Shown here in pieces: positions 50,163-63,053 of a DNA stretch of 64,000 nucleotides. The notes under the pieces are model-generated. The model did not search any database and was not told the DNA's origin. It saw nothing but the letters and a program-made list of their open reading frames with translations. Within the stretch, counting starts at the first letter, position 1, and the number at the start of each line of letters is the position of its first letter. Location of the stretch: the NCBI RefSeq assembly GCF_006345805.1, contig NC_043007.1:19716001-19780000 (forward strand), written 5' to 3'. Position numbers and translations under genes: made by a program. Origin of the DNA: Octopus sinensis (taxonomy: Eukaryota).

Positions 50163-50986
50163 ACCGTCCCCGATGCTCCAATTATTACTGGTATTGTTTT
50201 GTTGTAGTCATTATGACTATTTTTTTTGTTTTTTGTTAGCAATTAAAAAAATTAACTTCAATGTTATTGTTGTCCCAGCGAATATTTTTTGTTAGTATTT
50301 AAAAGCATTATTTTTCGAGTTCATATTTTCGTTGACCCATCACCAACGCCGCCACCTCAACCAACAATACCACCACCACCGCCACCACCACCACCATTAA
50401 CAACAACAATTCATTATTTCACAAGAGCATTTCTCCTGCAACAGCAACAACGCAAAAACTAACAACGATAACAACAAAATTATTTTTGCACTTTGGTACA
50501 CAAAGACTTATTCTAAATAACAATAATAACAACAACAAGAACAACTACACAAACAACATCATGAAAATAAACAGTAACAACCACAAATTACCCCATAAAA
50601 TGTATTACAGCTTGCTAAAATGAAACTCTTATGCTTAAAAAGTGAAACTTGTAGACAAATAGCAAAGCCATTAACTGTTTTGCGCATTTATGACAATGCC
50701 ACAAACATAGAAACTGGGTCACTTGGCGCCTGTTTGGTCGCTTGGCGCCTGCAGGGCTTCGCATATACGATGGAGTGGTGAAAAGTTCCAGGGTTTGGGT
50801 AAAAGAAAATGCCGGAGGATCGGTTCATATTTGATTTTATTCAATATATTTCCCCTCTCAGATTCACACACTTATTGCAGCCGTCCTTCGGTTTTTCTAA
50901 GCCCTGTAAAACAACACGGAAGGTTGGACCTCCAGCTAGGCCTTTCGCGATACCCTTAAAACCAAGAACTTTTCAGTACACCACCT

Positions 50987-51018
<32 letters not shown>

Positions 51019-51034
51019 TATATACATGGAAGCA

Positions 51035-51411
51035 CTCCGTCGGTTACGACGACGAGGGTTCCGGTTGATCCGAATCAACGGAACAGCCCGCTCGTGAAAT
51101 TAACGTGTAAGTGGCTGAGCACTCCACAGACACGTGTACCCTTAACGTAGTTCTCGGGGATATTCAGCGTGACACAGAGAGTGACAAGGCCGGCCCTTTG
51201 AAATACAGGTACAACAGAAACAGGAAGTAAGAGTGAGAGAAAGTTGTGGTGAAAGAGTACAGCAGGGATCACCACCATCCCCTGCCGGAGCCTCGTGGAG
51301 CTTTAGGTGTTTTCGCTCAATAAACGCTCACAATGCCCGGTCTGGGAATCGAAACCGCGATCCTATGACCGCGAGTCCGCTGCCCTAACCACTGGGCCAT
51401 TGCGCCTCCAC
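51035..51411 (-). mobile_element. SINE (S3 head with S4-type tail)
   Basis: Head matches S3; 3' part matches 17465-17640. Confidence 0.85.
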
Positions 51412-51418
51412 TACGTAT

Positions 51419-51463
<45 letters not shown>

Positions 51464-51479
51464 AATACAAAATGGGACA

Positions 51480-52940
51480 AGAACGCAAAACAACAACTAC
51501 ACAAACAACATCACAAAAATAAACAGTAACAGCCACAAATTACCCCATAAAATGTATTACAGCTTGCTAAAATGAAACTCTTATGCTTAAAAAGTGAAAC
51601 TTGCAGACAAATAGCAAAGCCGTTAAATGTTTTGCGCATTTATGACAATACCACAAACACACAAACTGGGTCACTTGGCGCCTGTTTGGTCGACCAAATA
51701 GACGACACAAAAAACACGGACGGGTCATTCGAAGCCTCTAATCTTCAGTCAAGAAGATCTTTCTTGACTGAAGATTAGAGACTGAAGATCTTAGAACAAC
51801 TCAATGACCAGCAAATCCGCTGAAACTTAGATAGCAATGCTGATAAACGAATCTTGAGCAAAACTGGCAAATTTACCAACAAATTCAAGGATGACATAAG
51901 AAAAAATGAGTTAGATTACCTCATTAATTTTGAAGAGAAAACAAGTAATTTTAAAGGACTCCTTAAAATACATAAATCCAAACAGATCAGCAGCAACCTA
52001 AAAGACCTTCATACTCCATACATAAAGGATTCCCAAACCTAGACTCAGGAGTGGCTGTGTGGTAAGTAGCTTGCTAAACAACCACATGGTTCCGGGTTCA
52101 GTCCCACTGCGTGGCATCTTGGGCAAGTGTCTTCTGCTATAGCCCCGGGCCGACCAATGCCTTGTGAGTGGATTTGGTAGACGGAAACTGAAAGAAGCCT
52201 GTCGTATATATGTATATATATATATATACTAATATATATATATAATATATATGTGTGTGTGTATGTGTGGTGTGCGTTTGTGTGTCTGTGTTTGTCCCCC
52301 TAGCATTGCTTGACAACCGATGCTGGTGTGTTTACGTCCCCGTCACTTAGCGGTTAGGAAAAAGAGACTGATAGAATAAGTACTGGGCTTACAAAGAATA
52401 AGTCCTCGGGTCGATTTTCTCGACTAAAGGCGGTGCTCCAGCATGGCCGCAGTCAAATGACTGAAACAAGTAAAAGAGTAAAAGAGTAAAAGAGTAAACC
52501 AACTGATCCCAAATTGAGTCTGATTATTGCAGAACCAGCATCCAGCACTCAAAGATTAAGCAGCTTGCTGGACATAATTTTAAAACTTTCATGTAGATTA
52601 GTTGCCAGTAACATCAGAAATGACAGGTACTTCTTAAACTATATCCCAGAACGGGTAGATAAAGAGATAGTTCAATTTAGTGTTGACTTAACTAGTCTCT
52701 ATACAAATATTCCCTATATATATGGACTAAAAGCAATAGAATTCTGGATAAAAAAGAACCCACAAAGCATTCAGGAGAGATTCTCAAAAGAATTTACATT
52801 TGAAGGTTTACAGATAGTGCTGGAAAAGAACTACCTCTTCTTTGATAACCAATATTATCTACAAATACAAGGCTCTGCGATGGGGACGAAAGTCGCTCCA
52901 ACATTTACTACTCTTGTCATGGGATACCTAGATGTGTGCA
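51480..52940 (+). mobile_element. Penelope-like element RT remnant interrupted by an S2 SINE
   Basis: SNFKGLLKIHK (FYGLPKIHK-like), SLIIAEPAS, VDLTSLYTNIP, NYLFFDNQYYLQIQGSAMGTKVAPTF..LVMGYL: diagnostic Penelope RT motifs. Confidence 0.88.
52027..52498 (+). mobile_element. SINE family S2 inside the Penelope ORF
   Basis: Full S2; the RT reading frame resumes after its tail. Confidence 0.92.
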
Positions 52941-53284
52941 ATGATCCTTTGTAATGCCGCAGCAAATTTAAAAGGTGGTCTTAGGGTTTTTATTAATTTA
53001 CCTGCTTTTGTCTTTGCGTTTAATTGAAAACTTGTGGTTTGGCCATTTTGACTGCTATATTTAGCATGCCGATACCGCCTTTCAGTACCCTTAATTATTA
53101 ATTGATAATTTTTACATTAATTTTTTTTACGCATTCTAAGCCACTGATATTGTTATAAACAATAATATCTTCATATATATTTATAAAATATCTATTTACT
53201 TCAATCACCTTTTAAACTTTGCAGTGGTGTTAAAAACGGTCATCGCACATATTGGTTGAGATGGATAAACTCTACAACCCTGGG

Positions 53285-53348
53285 GTCAGTAAGACTCGCT
53301 GAGGATGAACTCAAACTTCGAAATCACGGTGATACGGGTATGTCTGAC
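53285..53348 (+). ncRNA. Type I hammerhead ribozyme motif (Penelope pLTR-associated)
   Basis: Stem I GTCAG-TAAG-ACTCG with CGGGT-ATGT-CTGAC; core CTGAGGA (53299-53305); one extra T; stem II GAA/TTC; GAAA (53320-53323); palindromic stem III ATCAC-G-GTGAT; NUH triplet AUA. Confidence 0.7.
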
Positions 53349-53520
53349 TTTTTCCACTTTCGGTTATTTTCATCATTGCTACGGGGCTCTTAGTAGTTTT
53401 ATTCAGTTGCCCGTTTTAGCCTTTATGTTTATATGGAAGCGTGTGGTTTGGTAATTTTGGCTGCTATGTTAGCATGCCGGTACAACCTGTTAGTACACTT
53501 AATTATTAGTATATATATAT

Positions 53521-53579
<59 letters not shown>

Positions 53580-53682
53580 TATATATATACATTATATACA
53601 TATATATATACATATATATACTGTTATATATATAGGTATATATATATATACATATATATACATATACATACATATATATATA

Positions 53683-53736
<54 letters not shown>

Positions 53737-53741
53737 GGTAT

Positions 53742-53772
<31 letters not shown>

Positions 53773-54604
53773 TATGTATATATATAATTATATATATTCT
53801 TGGTTTAGCCTGTTTCCGAAATCCATCGCTAAACATTTTCTTCAAGAAAAAAATCCCCGAAGTTGTTATTTTCATGCTTTCTCAGCGTATGATATTACAA
53901 ACGGATAAACGTGGAGAAAAAAAAACCAAAAAAAAACAACACTAAGAAGCATTCTTCAGGAAATAGGAACCCAAATATTTCAAATAAAACACTCATTCTC
54001 TCATTCTTAATTTAGAAAGTTATTTTGGATGAAGGAACAGTCGACTTTATTAAATCCATTGCGTCACTAATTCTAATTTTATCGAAATTAAGTCAATCAG
54101 AAACATTACGAGTACAATTAACTGCATTTCACTAGATCGCCTGCTAAGTATAGCAATCATCGCCATTTGAAGTCGGCAATGTCCTTATTTAGAATTGGTC
54201 GATCACATTAAATCAAACCTCAAATAAGCGGAGAATACGGATGTGGTTTACAGACTATAAGGAGAGTTTTGTTCCATCTAATTGTATGTATATTGTATTC
54301 TCTTATTTTGAACAACAAAAAAAAACATCTTACTGCCATTGCTATTATTAGCTTCCACAACTATTCATGCTTTCCTTTATAATTTCCAGTCCCGTCATAT
54401 TATTTACTCTCATTTAATGTATTATCTCTTCTCGTTTGGTCTTTCGAGTTTTCCCGCATTTATTTTTATCCCTTAGATGTACTCGTCCGTTGACCTTTTT
54501 TTTCTTTCTGTGTGTGTGGTGCTGTGTGTGTGTGTGTGTGTTGTATGTATATATATATATATATGTATATATATGCATGTATATATATATATATATGTAT
54601 AATC

Positions 54605-54642
<38 letters not shown>

Positions 54643-54689
54643 GTGGTGTGTGTGTGTGTGTGTGTATGTGTGCGTGTATGTATTATATG

Positions 54690-54765
<76 letters not shown>

Positions 54766-54959
54766 ATAATATATATATATATAATATATATTATATATAT
54801 ATATAAAATTAGAAAGAACCACCTTTTATCAATTCAAAATGAACAATTAAATTACACCATCTAGAAAATTACATATAATAGAAATATTATAATTAAAATT
54901 ACAATAAAATACCAATGATAAAGTAAATTGCAAATAAATAATAAAAACGTATATAATTG

Positions 54960-55004
<45 letters not shown>

Positions 55005-55295
55005 ATATATATAATTGGTATATATATTATATATATATATATGAAATATATAAACATACAGGGTCTTGCAAATAAATTAAGACCAATTTTAAGCAGTTGA
55101 CTTTGTGGGTTTAACATTTCAGCTTTTGACAAAACCTTGCTTGCTTGAAAATCTAATCCTCCTCTTTTTTTTCCCAGGTAAATAGCGAAGTGATTCGACA
55201 ACAGAAAGTCATGGAACAACAGAATCGTTTCGTCATTGTTGTTTTGGTGCAGCCGGGAGTACTGCGGATAAAATTTAGTTGACGAAACATCCAAA

Positions 55296-55720
55296 AGCAG
55301 GAGTGGCTGTGTGGTAAGTAGCTTGCTAACCAACCACATGGTTCCGGGTTCAGTCCCACTGCGTGGCATCTTGGGCAAGTGTCTTCTGTTATAGCCCCGG
55401 GCCGACCAATGCCTTGTGAGTGGATTTGGTAGACGGAAACTGAAAGAAGCCTGTCGTATATATGTATATATACATAATTGTGTGTGTGTGTATATGTTTG
55501 TGTGTCTGTGTTTGTCCCCCTAGCATTGCTTGACAACCGATGCTGGTGTGTTTACGTCCCCGTCACTTAGTGGTTCGGCAAAAAGACACCGATAGAATAA
55601 GTACTAGGCTTACAAAGAATAAGTCCCGGGGTCGATTTGCTCGACTAAAAGGCGGTGCTCCAGCATGGCCGCAGTCAAATGACTGAAACAAGTAAAAGAG
55701 TAAAAGAGAAAGAGTAAAGA
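55296..55720 (+). mobile_element. SINE family S2
   Basis: Full head, core and tail. Confidence 0.92.
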
Positions 55721-55724
55721 GTTT

Positions 55725-56280
55725 ATCGTATGTGCATAAGCAATTTAAAGGGGGAATGATTGATAGTAAAGAACACAAGACTCAAAGTGATTCCAAGCAC
55801 AATCCAAAGTTTCTAGCTAGTCTCAAACGCTCGATTGAAGCCAACACATCCACATCCATGACCGCTTTTGCAAAGAAACGCAAAGTGCCCCTTTCCACGG
55901 TATCCAGAGCTGTGAACAGGAACCTTGGCATGACTAGTTATGTTTGACGACGCCGTCACCGCGTAACAGTCAGGGCCAAAGCAATCAGAGCCAAGAGATG
56001 CCCGAAGTTTCTGTCATTCATCAAGTATCAAGGTGCAGGAAAAAACTCTCCTTTATGTGGAAGAGAAAAGGTTCACTGTGGACGCTGGGGTAAATCACAG
56101 AAATTCTGACATCCCTCACACACAGTGTTTGAGACTAAGAATCCTGCCTCTGTGATGGTATTTGGAACCGTGGCGAGTGATGGAAGTGTCATGGATCCTT
56201 ACATCATTGGGTCTGGCTGGGAGATCGTCACAAAGGAGTATCTGGACATCCTGAAGAACTCTCGGTTACCACTTGAAAAG
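55725..56280 (+). mobile_element. maT/DD37D-like transposase remnant
   Basis: LKRSIEANTSTSMTAFAKKRKVPLSTVSRAVNRNLGMTSY (HTH) and TKNPASVMVFGTVASDGSVMDP..EYLDILK (catalytic region); stops and deletions. Confidence 0.8.
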
Positions 56281-56589
56281 GAAGGTGAGAACGGAAAGGC
56301 AGGTTTTGTCTTGTGAAAGTTTCCAAAAAAGGTGGGTGAATGTAGCAAAGATGGTGCGTGCGAATGACGAAACCACTTTGAGCATGATCCTGTAAATCGT
56401 AAAAGAGAGAGAAAGAGAGAGAGAGAGAGAGAGCACTTTCCTCTCATGTGTTATTTTTTCCTTCCTGCCTGATGTTGCCGTGGTCTTTTCTGTAGGCTTT
56501 TCTTTCCACGAATGAACCTAATCTTGTTTGTTACTTTGAAAAAATATCGTAAGCTCGACGCTCTAACCACTGAGCCATGCGCCTACTAG

Positions 56590-56620
<31 letters not shown>

Positions 56621-57362
56621 GTGTGGTGGGTGTGTATGTGTGGTGTGTGTGTCTGGCCTGCGTGTGTGTGTGTGCCTGCGTGTGTGGTGTGTGTGTGTGC
56701 CTGCGTGTGTGTGTGTGACTGGTGTGTGTGGTGTTACGTCCCTGTAACTTAGCGGTTCCGAAAAAGAGACCGATAGAATAAGTACTAGGCTTACAAAGAA
56801 TAAGTCCTGGGAGTCGATTTGCTCGTCTAAAGGCGGTGCTCCATCATGGCCACAGTCAAATGACTGAAGCAAGTAAATGAGTAAAAGAGAATCCTTTACT
56901 AAACATATTTCCTCTATGTGTCTGTCTGTCTGTCGTCTGTCTCTCTCTCTCCCTTTCACTCTCTCTCCCTAGTTTTTTTTTTGTAATTGGTGAAAAGGTG
57001 CTGAGTTCATAACCATTTTAGGTCCGCCCCAGGCTGGGGAGGAGACACGAAGAGGAGAATCCCCAAAAAAGTCGATACTAAGGGGAAAGGAGGGTTAGGG
57101 ATATTGCTTATAGTGAGGCTGTACACACCAAGGCGTTGAGAAGTGGAGAGACAAGTGGATCGGGGGTACCCGAGGGTGGGAGATACGAGAGCAGCCAGCT
57201 GTGAGGACCAGAGTCAGTACAGACGCCATAGAAAGGAATAAAAATTAAGAGAGAGAGAGAACGAAAGAGACGTGAGCTCACTTGTGGACCAAAGCCTGGA
57301 GTGTGTGTCAATGATCGAGTGCCAATCCAGAGGTGGACATATATATATATATATATATACTC

Positions 57363-57560
57363 AAAAATAAGCAACAAGAATGACTCCGGTAATTTGGTAC
57401 GATTTGATTTGAAAGCTTTTGTATTATTGGAAAACGTATATAATTGGCTGAAGAGCACTCAGCATCTTAAATCTGCTGTAATACTTACAACTTTTAATAA
57501 AATGTTGTAGTGCGAAACAATTGTACCAAATTACCGGAGTCATTCTTGTTGCTTATTTTT
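57363..57560. mobile_element. ~200-bp MITE-like element with perfect 38-bp TIRs
   Basis: AAAAATAAGCAACAAGAATGACTCCGGTAATTTGGTAC (57363-57400) is the reverse complement of 57523-57560. Confidence 0.8.
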
Positions 57561-57661
57561 TATTATAATCACCCCGCAAATTTTTATGGATAACACCATA
57601 CAAAATTCAAAATGCATCCAAATTAAGTACCATATTCATTCGAATCTAAATTGTTGCTAAA

Positions 57662-57701
<40 letters not shown>

Positions 57702-59179
57702 TGTGTGTGTGTGTGTGGGGGGGTATATTTGCGTCTGTTTGTCCCCTACCATCTCTTGGCAACCGACGTTGGTGTGTTTACCTCTCCGTAACTTAGCGGT
57801 TCAGCAAGAAGAGTTCGATAGAATTACTCCTCAGGCTGAAAAAGTAAGTACTGGTGTCGATTCCATCGACTAAAATTCCTCAAGGCAGTGCCCCAGCATG
57901 GTCGTAGTCTAATGACTAAACTCACCGAGGTCAACTTTGCTTTACAGAATCGTTAAAATAAAGTATCCGCAAATACTGAGATCGATTTTTATTGAATCCC
58001 ATCCATTTCTACAATTTCCTTGCTTTGTGCCTAAGTAAAAAAAAAGCAAAAAAACATTCGTCTCTCTTTATATTCTGAGTTCGAATCCCACCAAGGTTTA
58101 CTTTTCCTTCAATTTTACAATAACAATGTCCATAAGATCGCCTGTTCCCCCTCGGAAATGTTACACTCTGTGTCTACTTTTGATCATATTGCCTCCGGTT
58201 AAGCATACACCAATGAAATCTTAGGAACATTCACCTTCTAGAAAAGCGGAAAATACGATAAATAAATATACGGAATGACCGAGGGGTATTAAAAATAAAA
58301 CCTCTATTAAGTACCATTGAAATTTTGGCACGTGTCGCCAAATATTTCTAATTTTAACACTTTAAAATAACTTTTCATCAACTTGTTTTAAAACTTTCAT
58401 GAATCATACACTTTTATTTAAACAGCTTCAATGGGTGCAGGTTTCTAAAAGGACCAGTCATTGGTAACACGCTTCTAAGAATACCAGGGATTGGTTGAAC
58501 GTTTCTTAAGTGGAGCAATCATTGATTCCCTGTTTTTGCTAAGACGAGAGTGACAAAGGAATGTCAATGCAACTCGAATGCTAAAAGGTTTTGTATAACA
58601 CTGAAAAATAAATACTAAATGTAAATCTGAGAAAAGCCATAAAGCTGTCTTTTGTAAAATATTACCTTCTGACAACATTTTACAAAGGCAGGTTCATAGA
58701 TCTTTTCATAGATTTACGTTTGCTATTTATATTTCAGTAATATACAAAACCTTTTAGCATTCTGTGGGTTTTCCCCCCTGTCTTTTCCTAACGTCCTTAT
58801 TTCTTTATTTAAAGAATCTCAGCTAATCATAGCCGAAGTAGTGATAAAAGGGTCACTATACGGATATACAATATCGTAAAGAGTTAACAGTTCAAAGTTA
58901 ACATATTTAAAAAGAATCAAGGATATTTTAAATACGCTAAAATTTTTCGTACTTATTCGATTACGTTATTGTACGCCATATTAGTGATTCTCTCATCACC
59001 ACTTCAGATGAAGCCTGTTTCGCTGAGGAGGTCTAATAAAGGCGTCACATGTCCGGTGTTGTCTCCCGTGTTTGTCGTGAGGAGTAAAATAAAATATTAG
59101 TCATTGAGCTAATCTTGTCGTTTCGTCGCCGTTTAAAATATTTCTGATTAGGTATTTAATAATTGCAATATTAAATATG

Positions 59180-59570
59180 AAGGCGGCGACCTGGCAGAAT
59201 CGTTAGCACACCGGGCGAAATACTTAGCGGTATTTCGTCTGCCGCTACATTTTGAGTTCAAATTCCGCCGAGGTCGACTTTGCTTTTCATCCTTTCGGGG
59301 TCGATAAATTAAGTACCAGTTACGCACTGGGTCGATATAATCGACTTAATCCGTTTGTCCTCTGTGTGTTTAGTCCCTTGTGGGTAGTAAAGAAATAGGT
59401 ATTTCATCTGTCTTTACGTTCTGAGTTCAAATTCCGCCGAGGTCGACTTTGCCTTTCATCCTTTCGGGGTCGATAAATTAAGTACCAGTAGCGTACTGGA
59501 GTCGATCTAATCGACTGGCTCCCCCACCCCCAAAAATTTCGGGCCTTGTGTCTAGAGTAGAAAAGAATGT
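59180..59570 (+). mobile_element. Tandem S1 SINEs
   Basis: Two cores in tandem. Confidence 0.88.
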
Positions 59571-60154
59571 AAAGGCGGCGATTTGGTTGAATCTTTAGCA
59601 TGCCGGATAAAACGATTATAGGCATTTCTTCCGGCTCTTTATGTTCTGAGTTTAAATATCACCGCGATCAATTTCGCCTTTCACTTCTTCAGGGTGAATA
59701 AAATAAAGTACCAGTCGAATACTGGGGTCAACGTATTCATTTGTTAAGTCCCTCTCAAAACTGTCCGACTGGCATCAAAACTAAGTGCCAAAACTGCGGT
59801 GGACTGGCGTCTCGTTCAAGGGGTCAGTTGTGATCCCGGTCATTTATGCGCCACGGAAGTCGGGTCATAGGGCTCAAGAAGAAAAACATTGTAATTTCAA
59901 GGATGATTTTACTACTCTTTCTAGCAAGAGGATCTCTACGAAGAAGCTCTCTCATTCCTTCGGCACTTTAGTTATTTGTATGTGTATCGTGATGACTTGA
60001 TCTGTATTTCTGCAGGAATGGATATGTAGTTGAGAAGATAACTCTTAGAATTCTGGTTTCGTAAACGATCTCACAGCACGACATTTTGAGAAAATACTTT
60101 CTACCACAGTCACGTGACAACCAAAGCCATACGAGTAAAATTTGTAAAAACAGG

Positions 60155-60740
60155 CGCAGGCGTGGCCGTGTGGTAAGAAGCTTGCTTCCCAATCACCTGG
60201 TTCCGGGTTCAGTCCCACTGTGTGGCACTTGGGTAAGTATCTCCTGCTTTTGTCCCGGGCTGACAAATAAAAAAAATCCTTGTGAGGACGGAAACTGAAA
60301 GAAGCTTGTCGTATATATACACGTGTAGGAGTGGCTGTGTGGTAAGTAGCTTGCTAACAAACCACATGGTTCCGGGTTCAGACCTACTGCGTGGCATCTT
60401 GGGCAAGTGTCTTCTGCTATAGCCCCGGGCCGACCAATGCCTTGTGAGTGGATTTGGTAGACGGAAACTGAAAGAAGCCTGTCGTATATATGTATATATA
60501 TATATATGTGTGTGTTTTTGTGTGTCTGTGTTTGTCCCCCTAGCATTGCATGACAACCGATGCTGGTGTGTTTACGTCCCCGTCACTTAGCGGTTCGGCA
60601 AAAAAGAGACCGATAGAATAAGTACTGGGATTACAAAGAATAAGTCCCGGGGTCGAGTTGCTCAATTAAAGGCAGTGCTCCAGCATGGCCGCAGTCAAAT
60701 GACTGAAACAAGTAAAAGAGAAAAGAGAAAGAGAAAAGAG
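60155..60740 (+). mobile_element. S2 SINE head fragment followed by a full S2 SINE
   Basis: Heads at ~60155 and ~60327. Confidence 0.88.
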
Positions 60741-60849
60741 TGTGTGTATAGACACACACACAACACACACACACACACATATATGTCCCTGAATAACTGA
60801 AACCAGTAAAAGATAAAAGAAAAGCAATAATAAGTTCCTTGTGATATAT

Positions 60850-60855
60850 TTTATT
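60850..60855 (-). promoter_or_regulatory. Candidate polyadenylation signal of NPC2 paralog B
   Basis: AATAAA on the minus strand ~100 nt downstream of the stop codon. Confidence 0.5.
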
Positions 60856-60956
60856 CCCAGTTTTTTGTGTTAACAACGGTAACAGACCGTTGTGAGAAAC
60901 GACGCATGCGTTTGGACGACATTCCCGTTCACAGCAGGAATGAACAAGTTGGGTTT

Positions 60957-61040
60957 TTATTGTATCATGGCTGGGATATCGATACAGAATACTGGTTTTT
61001 TGTCTTCATTCTTAATGGTATATTCCACCACCAATTGGAT
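60957..61040 (-). CDS. NPC2: NPC2/ML-domain paralog B, terminal coding exon
   Basis: (TC)n-TTGTTTCCAG acceptor, phase 0, 84 nt; IQLVVEYTIKNEDKKPVFCIDIPAMIQ*; 15/27 identical to the paralog A last exon. Confidence 0.9.
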   Translation of the reverse strand: MQLVVEYTIKNEDKKPVFCIDIPAMIQ

Positions 61041-61306
61041 CTGGAAACAACAGAGAGAGAGAGAGAGGGTGTCAAAGAGAAATGAATAAAAACGGCCCAG
61101 TTCCTTTTATTAAATCGCAATACGCATGCGCTAAAACACACAAACACACCACAGTTACAAAACACAGACGGTGTTTATCATGAACACTGTTTAGATAGAA
61201 TTTTCCCGATGTATTCATAGATTACATCATAAAATATAATCCACCGAGCCATTTCTAGCGTACTACGTGCTGATGTGGTAGGATTCTACGGAATCCTGTA
61301 ACTAAA

Positions 61307-61348
<42 letters not shown>

Positions 61349-61379
61349 ATCTATCTATCTATCTATATATATAATTATA

Positions 61380-61426
<47 letters not shown>

Positions 61427-61569
61427 GATAATTGCAACTTGTTGCAAAGACCCTTATTGTTATAATTATATAAACTTTTACCGAAATGCTCCTTTTCCAT
61501 ACCGAAATACTTCTTGGTGAAATTTGTTGATTTTATTAAATTTATATATTTCACCCTTTATCTGTAATG

Positions 61570-61617
<48 letters not shown>

Positions 61618-61917
61618 TAAATTAGAGATAAAACCACTATTAGGCAAATCAAACAATGAAAAACTTAAGCCAATACATAAAATTAATTATTTATAATTTT
61701 TAAATATATATCAAAAGTATTAAAAGTTTAATAAAGATAATGAGTGAAACACTACGATCTTTTCATGGCTGTCCAATTCGTAATAATTCGAGTTATGGTT
61801 ACAGTCAATCTTCAGGTAATTGAAATATTTATCTTAGCGAGGTTTAGCAATGTATATATGTATATATATATATATATGCGCATACATACATACATACATA
61901 CATACATACATACATAC

Positions 61918-61948
<31 letters not shown>

Positions 61949-62229
61949 TCGAAACACGCATTGAGTCGAAACAGGGGCAGCTGAAGAAGGGGAATGTTCC
62001 TTGTGTGTTTGTCTTGTACTCGTTTTTTTTGTCGTGTTAAAAAAAAGTCCGTTTCCCTTGTTTTTGTTTTATGTTTTCGTTTCTCGTTGTGTTCTACGTT
62101 TATTGTTGGTGTCCTTTACCCATATATGCATGTATATATACATATAGATTTATGTATGTACATATATGTATGTATGCATGCATATGTTTTATATTTATTA
62201 AATAGTAATATATATTATATATATACATA

Positions 62230-62274
<45 letters not shown>

Positions 62275-62283
62275 ACATAGTAC

Positions 62284-62323
<40 letters not shown>

Positions 62324-62349
62324 CATATATATTTTTATACATACATACA

Positions 62350-62410
<61 letters not shown>

Positions 62411-62663
62411 ATACATACATGCAAAAATGGGACAAGAACGAAAAACACTCAGACAGTTATGTGATACAAAAAAGGGACAACACACACACACACATATATG
62501 TATGTAGGTATGTATGTATTATATATGTATTTATGTACGTGTGTGTGTGTGTGTGTGTGCGTGTGTTGTGTGTGTGTGTGACAGGAAGTGCAAAATACTG
62601 AAATTAGGAAATGTTGATCTCAGACAAACACATGAAACACACCCACAATCGTTTCGACAAGCA

Positions 62664-62718
62664 GCGTACCCCCTCGCGTACCCCTTGCGTACCCCTCGCG
62701 TACCCCTCAGGTACCTCG
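62664..62718. repeat. 11-bp GC-rich tandem repeat (GCGTACCCCTC)n
   Basis: Four to five copies in NPC2-B intron 3. Confidence 0.9.
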
Positions 62719-62780
62719 AAGCAGGACCATCACGAACATTCTATGTCTCCCGTCGGGGAAGGAAACCTGGCTCTACTTAC

Positions 62781-62956
62781 GTCTGGGTATGTGCTTGAAA
62801 TTGGGATGACGGATTTGTAGGTGTACTTCTGGCCCTTCTTTAGGGGACAGGTGAGACCCTTGTCTTTACAGGCATCAGGCTGGCTGGTGGGGAAAGGAAC
62901 ATGTATGCCAGCGATTATGCCATACACAGCATCTTTTACGGTTTGTACATCAGCAG
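62781..62956 (-). CDS. NPC2: NPC2/ML-domain paralog B, internal exon (equivalent to NPC2 exon 3)
   Basis: TTCTTCTCTTTCAG acceptor and GTAAGT donor; 176 nt; phase 1/0. Encodes ADVQTVKDAVYGIIAGIHVPFPTSQPDACKDKGLTCPLKKGQKYTYKSVIPISSTYPD; 33/58 identical to paralog A. Confidence 0.92.
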
Positions 62957-63017
62957 CTGAAAGAGAAGAAAAACAAACAGAAACGGGTTTTAGGTTTCAG
63001 ATGAGGCATGAAATGGA

Positions 63018-63053
<36 letters not shown>

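Noticed and set aside
51712-51748. CTGAAGA...CGAAT...GTC on the minus strand as a hammerhead
   Set aside because: Stem II cannot be paired and GAAA is absent; CTGAAGA is part of the local hairpin duplication
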